Assembly (NCBI RefSeq): GCF_004010195.1
Contig: NC_057718.1
Location: 57,998,182-58,062,181, forward strand
Source of the DNA: Chiloscyllium plagiosum
Taxonomy: Eukaryota
Length of the DNA stretch: 64,000 bases
Direction of reading: 5' to 3'
In this document: one piece after another, positions 51,450-64,000 of the stretch
Position numbering within the stretch: position 1 is the stretch's first letter
How the letters are laid out: each line of letters starts with the position of its first letter
Made by a program: the position numbers and the translations under genes
The notes under the pieces: generated by a model
The model's database searches: none
What the model saw: only the letters and a program-made list of their open reading frames with translations
What the model was told of the DNA's origin: nothing

Positions 51450-51835
51450 TTTTCTCTTTTGTGGGTTGTTGGTGTCACAGGTAAAGTCCAGTATTTGTTG
51501 CCCATCTCTAAATATCCTCAAACTGAGTGGCTTGCTAGGCCATTTTGTGAGGCAGTTAGGAGTCAATAACACTGCAATTGGTCTGGAGGCACATGTAGGT
51601 CAGCCAGGGCCTATTCAAACAGCAGATTTTGTTTCTCAAAGGACAATAATGAATCATATCTTTTCATGACAGTTGATGATATTTCCATGGCCATTATCAC
51701 TGAGTGAGCTATCAATTCTAGGTTTTATCAACTGAATTTATATTTCACCAGCTGCCATGGTGGATTTGAATATGTGTCCCCAGAGCATTAACCGTATCCT
51801 CTGGATTACTCATGAGGTTGAGATTACCATTACTT
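51450..51835 (-). mobile_element. SINE of the 3700-4050 family
   Basis: Reverse complement of the same core and tail. Confidence 0.6.
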
Positions 51836-51844
51836 TATCATTGG

Positions 51845-52105
51845 GTGGCCTATCAGCACCAGGGTCCTTGGTTCAATTCCAGCTTTGGGTGACTGGCTCT
51901 ATGGAATTCACACATTCTCCACGTGTCTCTGTTGGTTTTCTCCCAAGGTTAAGTGGATTGGCCATACTAAATTGCCCATAGTGTGCAGGCTAGTTGGATT
52001 AGCTGTGGGAAATGCATGCTTGTGGGAATGAGGTGGGTCTGGATAGAATGCTCTTTGGGGGGGTTGGTGTGGACTTGACGGGCTGAAAGTTCCACTGTTC
52101 TATAG
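51845..52105 (+). mobile_element. HE1-like V-SINE, internally deleted
   Basis: B box ggttcaattcc; ggattggccatactaaattgccc core. Confidence 0.75.
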
Positions 52106-53159
52106 AGATAATTGTGGGAGAAGATCAATTCTGTAAATAGGAGTTGAAACATACTGACATGCATTTTAAAAATGTGGTTCAACATTCTAATCCATTTTTA
52201 AAAATACCTGACCCTAGCCCTCGCTGTGGGGTATGTTATGACCAGGTGAGAATGAGTGAACTGGCTCCAGTTGTTTTGATCCACTTTGTTTGTTGCATCA
52301 AATATTTAAGTTCTTTTTGCTATGAGGTTACACCTTTCTCCAATTGATACTGTAGATAGAGGGAGCATATTTGTGCTCCCAATAATAAGATGATCACAAG
52401 GATTATCTGTTCTCCCTGAGGTAAATAACAAATATATGTTGTCAAGCGTACAACCTTTGTGCAGTCATTTTTGCCCTCACATGAGCACATACACAAACAC
52501 ACACATAAAATTAAAATGGGATTCTGTCTAGCCTAAAGAAAGATAAAGTAATATATAGTATTTTTAGTATAGTATAGAAATCTTTTGGATTTCATAGAGG
52601 AATAAGGTTTTAACCTGAGACCATGGTTTGTTAGTTAGTTAGTTCCTTGGACTGTCACAAATATTGCAGTTATCTTTTAAGTTCTGGATTCTCAGACTCT
52701 CATTCCCAGTCAGTACTGTTGAATTGTTATCTTACTGATTGAGCGAGAGACTTCTCAGTCTCTGTTCAGTTCTGTAACTTTGGAATCTATCATTTGCCAA
52801 AAGCAAACATTAATATAGCAGCTTGTTTGTACCATCTATGTCCAATGAAGGTATGTTTTTAAGCTTTATGATTGTGGGTTATATCCAACATTTGAAGATT
52901 CTCTTAACAGTGTGAATCAAATAGAAGAATATCTTCATACCTCCCATGGGGGCATGGTTGATTGGCTTCATTATGTTTGGGAAGATATTAATTTCAGCTC
53001 AGATGTCCTAATATAATCCATTTCATTTCATGAAACATGGCCAATCTGTGGGTTAAGTGGTCTCTGTGGCCATTTTAAGTCAGTGATTTGATCACTTTTT
53101 GAAAGTGCTTCAGCCCCAAAGATTTAACTGTCCAATAGGGTTCAACAATCAATAGTCTG

Positions 53160-53370
53160 TGCTCTATCTGCTGGAGAAGTAAGTAAACAGGCTCATAGCC
53201 CACTCTCGGATTTGAGTATATAACCAGGGTTAGTTGCCCATTGCAGAATTAAGGGACTTTTTCAATATCAAAGTGCCATATTTTCAATGAAATATTAACC
53301 ATTGATTCCATCTTCACTTTTTCAGAGGAATGATGAAAAATATTCACTGGCACTATTGAAAGAAGAATGT
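53160..53370 (+). mobile_element. DeuSINE-like 5' half (a matching 3' half lies at about 54015-54235)
   Basis: Deu-like core gtgccatattttcaatgaaatattaacc..ggcactattgaaagaaga; tail motifs at 54110-54235. Confidence 0.45.
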
Positions 53371-53583
53371 TGGTTGAAAACTTAATGAGGTGTGAGCAAT
53401 GGGGGCTATTGCACAATGTATGCAGCATTGGACAAGAAGTCTGGCTAGATCCGTCTCAGTGCAGGATCATGGAACACTCAGATAGCAAGTGAGCAGCCCT
53501 GAGATGCAGCCTAGGCCAGTGTGTGATCTTGGTGCCTGTCCCTTTGTGTCACATGTCTCTACTGTGTAAATCTCTCCTTCCAG

Positions 53584-53799
53584 AACATGCAGCCATTGCA
53601 TTCTAGAAGCGCCAGGTTGATTGCAGAGGGACGACTGATGCCGGTTGCTAATATCCGGAGGGAAGGGTGCATGGATTGTGCCCTGGGCTGCGGTTTGATT
53701 TTAGGCAAAATGGATATTGTTTCAAACAAGTGCCGAACTGAATTCAACAGGATTACTCTAGTTCTCATTGTTGAGTTCTCCTGACATTGAGCTGGTATG
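53584..53799 (+). other. Candidate exon (possibly 5' UTR ending in ATG)
   Basis: Acceptor aaatctctccttccag, donor ATG|GTGAGT, retained CpGs. No frame is open across the exon. Confidence 0.35.
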
Positions 53800-55309
53800 G
53801 TGAGTTTAGTAAGATCGAAGGCTGAATATTAATCAGGTGAGTTGTGGCTTCAACAAGGCATTTAACAAGCAATAATCCCTGTCAATTGACATCTTGCTGC
53901 TGCCTAGCAAGAAGCTTGGTACAGTACTTTTGAAAAGCATAAAAGATTATGCAAGTTTCTCCCGACATAAAAATGGACGTTACCACACTGTAGCTCAATT
54001 TTTCCAGAACACGCGATACCCTTTATATTTCTGCCCTTATTCTCAAACAACACCATCAAAACAGTTTATGTTGTTATTTACCACAATCCTGATGTTGTGA
54101 CCATGTTGAGAAAATTGGCTGCCATTTTGCCTGTCATTACAGCAGTAGCTATGCTTTAAAAATACTTAATTGGCCAGGAAGGGCTTAGGGATGGCACGAG
54201 ATTGTAGAAATATTACATAAATTCAAGAAACTTTGTTCTTGTTCCTGTTCATTTAATTTTTTTTTATCTCAAGAGCTGTGCTCTGTGTTCAGAACATTCT
54301 GTTATGTCAAACTAACTTTCAGTCACAAGATGCTATGCCTTGCTATCATAAAATGTAGCTGGTTCTTTTGTAGAAATGTATAAAGGAACTGGTTTTGCTA
54401 TTTTATGGTTGCAATTAAAGTACAAAGAGTAAATGATTACAATGGGCCTGAAATGCATTTAGAATAAATGTATGAATTAAATCTTATGGTTTATAAATGA
54501 ATAAAAATGATATTGTTTCTTTAAGAAGGCAAGTATAGAATAAAACTAGGCATGCAGATTAGATTAACAGTTTGAGCTGAATTTCCTTATATGATTTAGC
54601 CAAAATTACATCATGATTTGCAGTGGAATCTGTTCCAACTTTGTCAAGGGAACGTTTATCAAGATTTACTGAAATTCAGGAGAAAATGCCAGAATGTAAA
54701 AACTAGTATTAAACAAACAGAACTCACATAAACAATTATGAATAATATGGACACTGTATTCCTCACTTAAGGTGATCTTTATCTTAATGACAACATAAAA
54801 TTAAAGTTCAGAGCCATCAAACTATCAGTTATTCACAGTTGTGGTACTAGTTTCAGAATAGTGTGGAGATTTTATATTTTTAACATAACAATTCTAATGC
54901 TATTAAAATCTATTTGTGGAAAATGAATGCACTACTCAAAAACCAATACCAAACATGTTCAAAAATCATTCTAAAACATCAGTGACTTTAACCTCTGCTG
55001 CATCTAAATTTTGGTCATGCATTCATAATTGTTCAGAGCAGAAATAACTGCAGGAAACTGACATTTCTTGATGTTTTCCATGAGGAGAGGAACTATTTCA
55101 TAAGTGATTTGGATTTTTAGTGAACATTGCTTGGAAGCAGTCCAAATGTTCAAAAAAAATTAATTTAAGGTACAACCTGCAAATCAATTCTTTGGATAAG
55201 TGAGCATAATGCAGTTCTTATTACATTGAAAAGTCAGAGCAAATTTCGTTAATTAAGTAAGTACATCTCTGTATCTATGGCTTCTATTTTAAAGTTGTCA
55301 TACTCCTAC

Positions 55310-55495
55310 CAGATCATAGGGCTGCACTTTCATTAGGGAGATAATTGATAGTTGTTTAACCTGAGGGTCACCATGCCTCAGGCAAGTGGAGAGGTTGAGA
55401 AGGAGAGTCCTTCATTGTAACCTCAGCCAGTGTGGGAATTGAACTCATGCTGTTAGCATCACTCAGCTTCACAAACCACTCTTCCAAACTAACCA
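55310..55495 (-). mobile_element. tRNA-derived SINE
   Basis: B box gagttcaattccc on the minus strand followed by a ggctgaggttac core. Confidence 0.5.
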
Positions 55496-55962
55496 GCGCT
55501 AATGGTACTAGCACCACTATTTAAGCAACTAAGATATTTTTAATTGCCCTTTTAATTTTCTTTTCTTCTTAGACCAACGGATAACATTTCTTCTTTCCCA
55601 GTCATCACAAATATAACAAACCAAATATATTAGAATATCCGTCGAGAAGGTTGGCATGTAAAGCATTCTCAAAATGACTGATTTCGTATCATCTCGATCA
55701 CCAAGGCTGAAAAATTAAGTGCACATCTATTTCAATTTAATTTCTTTAGTGTTTTATTTTCTCCTTATTCAACCATAACATGTTTTAGCCTGGTGTCTAT
55801 TTCCAATGGGTCCTAACTAGCTTTGTTAAACAACCAGCTTAAATGATCAAATACACATTTTTGATTGGTCCAAGAAATATTTGGATTTCTCCCCAAAGCC
55901 AGTCAATATGAACTGTAGTCCCAAATCATTTGCAGTAGCTTCTTCACACAGACAGCCTAGAC

Positions 55963-58312
55963 CAGGGGTGGGCAATTAATTCTCCCAAGGGGCCACATGA
56001 GTAACCTGAGTTGTGTTGGAGGGCCGAACCAACAATAAGTTGAACATAATTCTGCTCAGTATTAATTTTCTCCCATTGTGAAAAGTACTAAATTATATAG
56101 TTTTGCACTGAAACTTATAATCAAAAGAATAAGGATATTCTGTTACAATAAAGATATGAAATTGTGGAGTAGATCAAATATAGAAGAAATAAACAGTAAA
56201 AACAATAATTTCAGTATTTCATTTTATTTTTAAATGTTAATCTCACAAACCAATAATGAAAAGTTGTTTGATGTTTTTCAGTTCATTTTATTTGTTTAGT
56301 GAGAAAACTCCAGTCTGTTTTGGGCTTGAACAAGTGCACTGAAATCTGGTTGAATGTCTGAGGTGGATATGCGAAGGACAGCTGAGTGGTGATCATCAGT
56401 GATAGAGGATCTGTATTTGGATTTGTTGAACATCATCACTGAGAATGTCTGTTCGCATATATAGGTAGATCCAAAGAGGACTAGAATCTTCGGTGCATGC
56501 CTCTTCATGAGGGGAAAGTTTTCCTCTTTGAGGGAAGAGTAAAAATCAAGCAGTGAAACTGACCTAAAGTACTCTGCCATAAGTGTGTCAGACTGCAGGT
56601 CAATGAGTTAAAGCTGAACATCACTAGGTGTGTTCTCCACATTGCATGTAAACGGGGAAAAAAATCATGTGTATTTCATTCTCAACCATTTTAAAATCTT
56701 GAAACCACCTTGAAAATTCACCATGCAGTGCTTCGAACATAAATGAGTACCTGTGGAGGTGATCAGCTGAAGGTGCGGCTTCCTTCAGTGTTGGCAAGTG
56801 AGTGAGAATGTTGTCCTCCATTTGGCTTGAGAGAAGCTACAACTTTCTCATAAAAGCTCTCACCAAGTTGTACATTTCATGCACAAAAAGGCCATTGCAC
56901 TGCAGTTTCACATTTAGTTCATTCATAGGTACAGTCACATCAACAGCAAAACCAAGATCTGCAATCCAGTCTGCATCTGAAAGCTGTGGAATTATACTCC
57001 CTTTCTTCACACAGAAATCTTGAATCTCTTCTCATACACTTTTTAGCATTTTGCCCAGGCTGAGCCACCTGACAGCTGTGGGGTAGCCTATGTCACGATG
57101 TTCGGTCTCATTTTCCACCAAAAGTGCAACAAACTGACTGTGATTCAAAGCTCTTGCCCCGATGAAGTTAACTATTTTAGTTACAACATCACCCACATGG
57201 TTAATTTTTAACACTGACTTACACAACACTTCCTGATGTATAATACAATGCAAAAATACCAATTTCTGTTCAGGGCCAATTTCTGTCACTTTATCCTGCA
57301 TTCTCTTTGAGTCCAACATTTTTTCCCATTAGATTTGGACAACCATCCATTGTCACACCAGCCAGCTTTGTCCCAACGTGTCCAAACATGCATTTGCCTC
57401 CGTGAACAAATCATTACCTGCTATTGTTCCTTTAATTGACTGCATGGCTGCCAGCTCCTCCATGATTTTAAAGTCCATAGTTATCCCATGTACAAAGACG
57501 AGTAGCTGGGCTGAGTCACATACGTCGCAGCTCTCATTCAAAGCCAAGGAAAAAAAGTCAAAGTTGACCGCTCTGTGCTGCAGCTGAGCTCCAGATTTCT
57601 CGAGATTTACCCAATCCTTCTCGTTACAGTGCATCGGGAGAGGGGCACATTCTCAAATGCCTCCTTTTTCTCCGGGCATATTAGTTCTGCAGAGTCCAAC
57701 AAGCACTCCTTAATAAACTCTCCATGAGAAAATGGTTTACTGTTTCTGGCGATTTTGTGGGATATGACATAACTTGTCTTGACAACTGTATCTCTCGATA
57801 TGTGAAGTTTAGTAAAAAGTCTTTGCTGGTTATGCAGCTTAGCTAGCAAAGCATCCAACTCCCTTACCCGCTCTTGATCAGACAAGTTGTTGTACTTCTT
57901 GGTGTGTTTGGTCAAGTAGTGGCGATACAAATTATAATCCTTGAACCCAGCGACCTGCGCACCACAAACCAAGCACATGGCTTTACCTCCGATTTCTGTA
58001 AATAAATATCTAGTAGTCCATGTCTTGTTAAAAACGCGGCATTCTGTATCAAGCTTCCTTTTTTTTGGCATGAGCTGACATTTTGAGGGCTAGCCAGCAA
58101 ACATCACTTTTAGCTGTTCACGCACGCGCATGTGCGTCCATACGTAAATAAAAAAAGCATCCTTTTCAAAACAAAAGCAACACAGTTGTATTGCATGCAT
58201 GGCGTAAATACTTTTTCATTTACGTTCTAATTTAAGACTGACCTCATGCGGGCCGGACAGGAACGACCAAAGGGCCGGATATGGCCCGCGGGCCGTAAAA
58301 TGCCCAGGTCTA
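55963..58312 (-). mobile_element. Full-length hAT transposon (Buster/Charlie/SPIN-like)
   Basis: Exact 8-bp TSD gcctagac (55955-55962, 58313-58320) fits NNNTANNN. Imperfect TIRs caggggtgggcaatt / tagacctgggcattt; subterminal ggcc repeats. Confidence 0.93.
56296..58081 (-). pseudogene. Frameshifted hAT transposase (GTF2IRD2/SPIN-like)
   Basis: BED-type finger CLVC..HYLTKH, SLALNES (catalytic D to N), HCIIHQE, VRWLS, FGSTYICEQTFS; split over at least five ORFs. Confidence 0.9.
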
Positions 58313-58599
58313 GCCTAGACCAAGGCAGATTTTAGTCTACAAATTGATTGGTCCATTGAGGTTTTGTGAAACTCCTCATTTTTATTGATGCATGACGTCT
58401 TTCACAAACTACATTACCAATGGGATTTTATGCTGCTATCACATTCCCTTTGAGCTGCACGGTTGATTTATTCGGAAACTCTGTGCAAGCTGATGAATGG
58501 CTTCCAATTCCTCAGAAGTCAGCACACCAATGAGAAACATTATAGGACACATTGTAGTAGTGAACATGACAGCCAATGTGTATTGTTTTCACACATTTT

Positions 58600-59410
58600 A
58601 ACTTAGATAAATGTGAGGTGCTGCATTTTGGGAAAGCAAGTCTTAGCAGGACTTATACACTTAATGGTAAGGCACTAGGATGTGTTGTTGAACAAAGAGA
58701 ACTTGGAGTGTAGGTTCATAGCTCCTTGAAAGTGGAGTCGCAGGTAGATAGGATAGTGAAGAAGGCGTTTGGTATGCTTTCCTTTCTTGGTCAAAGTATC
58801 GAGTACAGGAGTTGGGGAGGTCATGTTGTGGCTGTACAGGATGTTGGTTAAGTCACTTTTGGAATATTGCTTGCAATTCTGATCTCCTTCCTATCGGAAT
58901 GATGTTGTGAAACTTGAAAGGGTTCAGAAAAGATTTATAAGGATGTTGCCAGTGTTGGAGGGTTTGAGCTGTAGGGAGACATTGAATAGGCTGGGGCTGT
59001 TTCCCTGGAGGGTCGGAGGCTGAGGGGTGACCTTATAGAGGTTCATAAAAGCGTGAGGGGCATGGATAGGGTAAATAGACAAGGTATTTTCACTGAGGTG
59101 GAGGAGTCCAGAACTGGAGGGCATAGGTTTAGGGTGAGAGGGGAAAGATATAAAAGGGGCCTAAGGGGCAACGCTGTCATGCAGAGGGAGTATGTGTATG
59201 GAATGAGCTGCCGGAGGACATGGTGGAGGGTGGTACAATTGCAACATTTGAAATGCATCTGGGTAGGTATAGGAATAGAAAGTGTTTAGAGAGATATAGG
59301 CCAAGTACTGGCAGATGGGACTAGATTAAGTTAGAATATTGGTCGGCATGGATGAGTTGGTCCGAAGGGTCTGTTTCCATGCTGTACATCTTGATGACTC
59401 TATGACTCTA
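58600..59410 (+). mobile_element. HER1-like CR1 3' region
   Basis: KCEVLHFGK through to the gactctatgactcta tail. Confidence 0.9.
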
Positions 59411-60599
59411 TATATTTGGATTCATCTTGACAAATACCGTCCCCATTGTCAATTAAAAATTTAATTAGTGCCCCAGTCTAGTCTCTAACTATTTTTCCAT
59501 TATCTTATTCACAATCACTTTTTTGTTCTTTACTGTATTATTGGAGATTGGTTAAATCTGTCAGGTCTGCGAACAGTGAGGTGAAAGTAGTTTTATCTTT
59601 ATCCTATGCCGTCAAGCGCTTGCTAAAGCATCATTAAAGTCTCTTACCAATCAAAGATTCATAATGGGCCATTGTGGTGAACTTTGATATGTTTTATGCA
59701 TAAAACATTTATCATTAATCTCTTCCGTAAATTTAACGTACATGCTGTCCTTTTTCCTTCATGCTTTTAGAAGAATTTTTAACCAGTGAGATGGATGAGC
59801 AAACTGCCAATATTGTTTGAAGACAATTAGCCATTTGTTTCTTTATAATCTTACAAAGTGAAACCCATTCACATTTATTTAATATTTTGATTAGAAAAGT
59901 AGATTACTTTAAGGGGACAAAACCATATCCAGATTGAGTAAACTGCAAATCCACTGACTTCCCTAAAACACTTATCTTGTTCTATTCCATGTCCAGTTTC
60001 ATTGGAGCCTTTTTCCAATGATGGCTTGCTGAAAAGTAAGGGTAATTCACATTCACTACACGTGACATCTGTGCTGATACAATGGTTGACTCCAGTTATT
60101 TTACATGGAATAACCAGTGTTTTTACAGATGTTATGTGTTGTCACTGTAAAATCCAAAGCAAAAGGAACTCTCAAAATCATTAACGTTATTGTTTTTCTT
60201 TTTATTTATAAAATCTAGGTATTATTTCAACCAATGCACTTCACATTTTGTGTGCCTACAGTCCAACACAATATAATTGAGTGAAACTGTGACTCGAACA
60301 TACATTGCTGGGCAGAGGTTTAATGTAAGTAGTACAATTTTTTTTGCCTGATCAATAAACTTCCCATGCTGTGCATCATTTTGAAAACCTGTTTTTTTTT
60401 GTTTAGGAGGACTCATTACATAACGATACTTTGGATCCAATCTTCTATTGTAGTTCCCCAATTCCTAACATATGCTGCGTGTACCAAAGGCATCTCTATC
60501 CTCACTCTTTTTTGTTATGATTGCTCTTTCATATTTCTTTTTGTGCCCCATATCTTAACAATCTTTGAATGCCACTAACATTGAATCCTCCATAAGGCT

Positions 60600-61660
60600 G
60601 TAACTCACAAGAGCAGAAGTAGACCATTTGACTCGCTGAGATTGGTTCACCATTCGATGAGATCATGGCTGATCTGATGACCCGCATTCCTGCTTTTTCC
60701 CTATAATCCTTGTTTCTCTTCCTGATTAAAAATCTGTCGATTTTATACTAGGACATACTTAATGATCCAATCTTAAAAGCCCTCTACATTTAAGAATTCC
60801 ACAAATGCACTAACCCCTTAAAGACCATAAGACCATAAGACATAGGAGCGGATGTAAGGCCATTTGGCCCATCGAGTCCACTCCGCCATTCAATCATGGC
60901 TGATGGGCATTTCAACTCCACTTACCCGCATTCTCCCCATAGCCCTTAATTCCTTGTGACATCAAGAATTTATCAATTTCTGCCTTGAAGACATTTAGCG
61001 TCCCAGCCTCCACTGCACTCTGCGGCAATGAATTCCACAGGCCCACCACTCTCTGGCTGAAGAAATGTCTCCGCATTTCTGTTCTGAATTTACCCCCTCT
61101 AATTCCACAGGTCCTAGTCTCCTCGCCTAANNNNNNNNNNNNNNNNNNNNNNNNNNNNNNNNNNNNNNNNNNNNNNNNNNNNNNNNNNNNNNNNNNNNNN
61201 ACAGTACTCCAAATGGGGCCTAAGAAGAGATTCCTCCTCACTTCTGTCTCATATACATGACCACTTATTCTGAGATTATGCCCCCTGGTCTTAGACTCTC
61301 CTACAGTGGGAAACAACCTCTCTGCATCTGTGCTGTCAAATCCAATAAGAATCTTGTCAATACGATCCCTGTTATTGTTTTAAACTCGAATGAATATAGG
61401 CCCAACCTCCTCAACCTATCTTCTTTATAAAATCTCTCCATACATAGAATCAACTGAACTGTCTCTTCACTGCTTCTGATGCCAGTATGTCTCTCCTTAG
61501 ATTAGGGAACCAGAACTGTTTATTGTATATTAGGTGTGGATTAGCTACTGCTAGGTATAGTTTAGCAATATTTTGCTTTTTTTATATACACCTCTTCCTA
61601 TAAATATAAACTGATATTCTGTTTGCCTTTCCTATTACCTGCTGAACTTAGATGTTAGTT
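60600..61660 (-). mobile_element. Old CR1 3' end with a younger CR1 3' end (60822 to the gap) nested in it
   Basis: FFSQRVVGLWNSLPQ; (ttatggtc)n tail at 60822-60845. Confidence 0.8.
61131..61200. other. Assembly gap (70 N)
   Basis: Run of N. Confidence 1.
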
Positions 61661-63267
61661 TATAGAGGCATAGAGCTGTACAGCACAGAAACAGACCCTT
61701 CGGTCCAACTCGTCCATGCTGACCAGATATCCTAAACAAATCTAGTCCCATTTGTCAGCATTTGGCCAATATCTTCCAAACTCTTCCTATTCATGTACCC
61801 ATCTAGATGCCTTTTAAATGTTGTAATTGTACCAGCCTCCATCACTTCCTCTGGCAGCTCATTCCATACACACACCACCCTCTGTGTGAAAAAGCTACCC
61901 CCAGGTCCCTTTTAAATCTTTCTCATCTCACCTTTAATCTATGTCCTCTAGTTTTGGACTCCCCTACTCTGGGAAATAGACCTTGGCTCTTCACCTTATC
62001 CATGCCTGTTATGATTTTATAAACCTCTGGGTCTCCCCAAGGTCACCTGTGAATTTCACTGTTTGTTTGATCTGGAATTCATGCATGAGGAGTCATAGAG
62101 TCATAAAGATGTACAGCATGGAAACAGACCCTTCGGTCCAACCCGTCCATGCCGACCAGATATCCCAACCCAATCTAGTCCCACCTGCCAGCACCCGGCC
62201 CATATCCCTCCAAACCCTTCCTATTCATATACCTATCCAAATGCCTCTTAAATGTTGCAATTGTACCAGCCTCCACCACATGTTCTGGCAGCTCATTCCA
62301 TACACGTACCACCCTCTGCATGAAAAAATTGCCCCTTAGGTCTATTTTGTATCTTTCCCCTCTCACCCTAAACCTATGAAATCTCCAACTTTTGCTGTCC
62401 TGCAGCCTTCTGAAGTCATTCACCATTTAAATAATATTCAGCTCCTCTATTCTTCCTGCAAAATTTCATAAGCTCATATTTTATGACATTATATTTCATC
62501 TGACAAGTTTTAGCCCACTTACTTAACCCGTCTACATTCCTTTAGATACTCAGTGGTTAATCATCACCATTTGGCTTCCCACTTATCCATAACCTGCAAA
62601 CTTAGCAGTAGTACATTCACTTTCCTTATCCAAATCATTTGGGTCGAGTATTGATCTCTATGTCACTACACTAGGCACAGGACAGTATTGTGAAAATGCC
62701 TGCTTTATTCCACCTCTGTCTTCTGTTACTTAAATCATTCTCTATCGATGTTAATATGTTACCTCCAACACCATAGGCTCTTTTTGTGTAAAAGATTTTC
62801 TTATGCGTATGAAATAACTGCATAGAGGCCAGTATCCTGTCATAGAGTCATAGAGATGTACAGCATGGAAACAGACCCTTTGGTCCAACCCGTCCATGCC
62901 GACCAGATATCCCAACCCAATCTAGTCCCACCTGCCAGCACCCAGCCCATATCCCTTCAAACCCTTCCTATTCATATACCCATCCAAATGCCTCTTAAAT
63001 GTTGCAATTGTACCAGTCTCCACTTCCTCTGGCAGTTCATTCTATACCCGTACACCCTCTGTCTGAAAAGGTTGCCCCTTAGGTCTCTTTTATATCTTTC
63101 CCCTCTCACCCTAAACCTATGCCTTCTAGTTCTGGATTCCTTGACCCCAGGGAAAATACTTTGCCTATTTACCCTATCAATGCCCCTCATAATTTTGTCA
63201 ATCTCTATAAGGTCACCCCTCAGCCTCCGACGCTCCAGGGAAAACAGCCCCAGGCTGTTCAGCCTCT
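61660..63267 (-). mobile_element. Three HER1-like CR1 3' ends (61660-62050, 62090-62380, 62840-63267) within older CR1 RT sequence
   Basis: Repeated FKRHLD.YMNRK motif and ctctatga tails. Confidence 0.88.
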
Positions 63268-64000
63268 GTCATCAAGTTACCCGTTATTTATTTGTACACA
63301 GTGTACTGGCTGTGACCAGCCAGCTCGAAGCCAGTCCCCTGAACTGAGGAGATTCTAAATCTCTGGGGTCAGCCAGCCTTTCTGATTTGCCCAAGTTAGC
63401 AATCCTAATCAAGGATCTCATAATCAACGAGATCCATCTGGTGCCAATCACTACATAGCCCTCCCCTCAAGTCTGAGGATGTAGACCTGGTCTTTCTCTT
63501 GTGGCTTACCTGCGACATTTTTGCCACAGGTCCAGTTACTCTGACACGGGTAATCTGTACCAGACAGTAGCCCACTTTTTGTGTTTGGAGCATCTCAGGA
63601 GAGTTTCCTCCTCTTCTTCCGGCAGTAACAGTATCAAGGCAGTAACAGTATCCATCTCAGACTCTGAGAATTCCTTGACTCTAGATGGAGGGAAAGGAAC
63701 CCACGTTTCTGACAAGCCTTCTGGCTGTTCTGAGGGGCCGGGTATGTTTGGCTCCTGCCCTGTTTGCAAGGTAACTGCCTTTAGGTGATCCATGTGTTTG
63801 TTTTGGACTATATCACTGACTCGCACTTTGTAAGTCACTGGATTTGACCTCATGTCAACCTTGCCTTGTACCCATACAGGGCCATTTCCATGGTTCCAGC
63901 ACCAAACTTCATCCCCCGAATTGAACTGTCTCTCTTGCTTAGAGGAGGCATGTCACCAACATTGGTGTTCCTGCTGCCGTTTCACCCTTCCCCTCCCAGA
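63268..64000 (-). mobile_element. Gypsy LTR retrotransposon 3' end: integrase C-terminus, PPT and 3' LTR (63455 to about 63268, truncated)
   Basis: GPVWVQGKV..NPVTYKVRV..KHMDHLK; PPT gaggggaggg (63468-63459); LTR starts TGTAGTG at 63455. Confidence 0.8.

Noticed and set aside
56296..58081. GTF2IRD2/ZBED-type domesticated gene
   Set aside because: Multiple frameshifts and stops, and flanked by TIRs and a TSD, so a transposon copy.
1..64000. Prokaryote-style systems (CRISPR array, operon, defence island)
   Set aside because: No regularly spaced repeat-spacer array and no dense intact ORFs; recurrent sequences are dispersed LINE/SINE copies.

Overview
Eukaryotic, repeat-dense, AT-rich DNA with no intact protein-coding gene that I can support. 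The repeat set points to a cartilaginous fish (shark); this is inferred from repeats only: HER1-type CR1 LINE tails, HE1-type V-SINEs, DeuSINE-like SINEs, Tx1, RTE and Penelope-like retroelements, Gypsy remnants, and Tigger, Harbinger and hAT DNA transposons. Nearly all listed ORFs are TE fragments or antisense shadows of TEs. Highlights: (1) about ten Penelope-like insertions carry minimal hammerhead-ribozyme motifs; six have an inverted-arm structure, four with clear 13-16 bp TSDs, and in four of the six the inversion junction falls inside the ribozyme motif, including a perfect 66-bp palindrome; (2) a complete hAT (Buster/Charlie/SPIN-like) element with an 8-bp TSD; (3) a three-level Tx1>Tigger>SINE nest; (4) two apparent locally templated insertions; (5) a duplicated ~120-bp hairpin-forming element of unknown origin; (6) a candidate 5'-UTR exon ending in ATG, a CTCF-like site and an enhancer-like TE-free block. 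A 70-N assembly gap lies at 61131-61200. Family names come from motif recognition, not database searches, and boundaries of old repeats are approximate.
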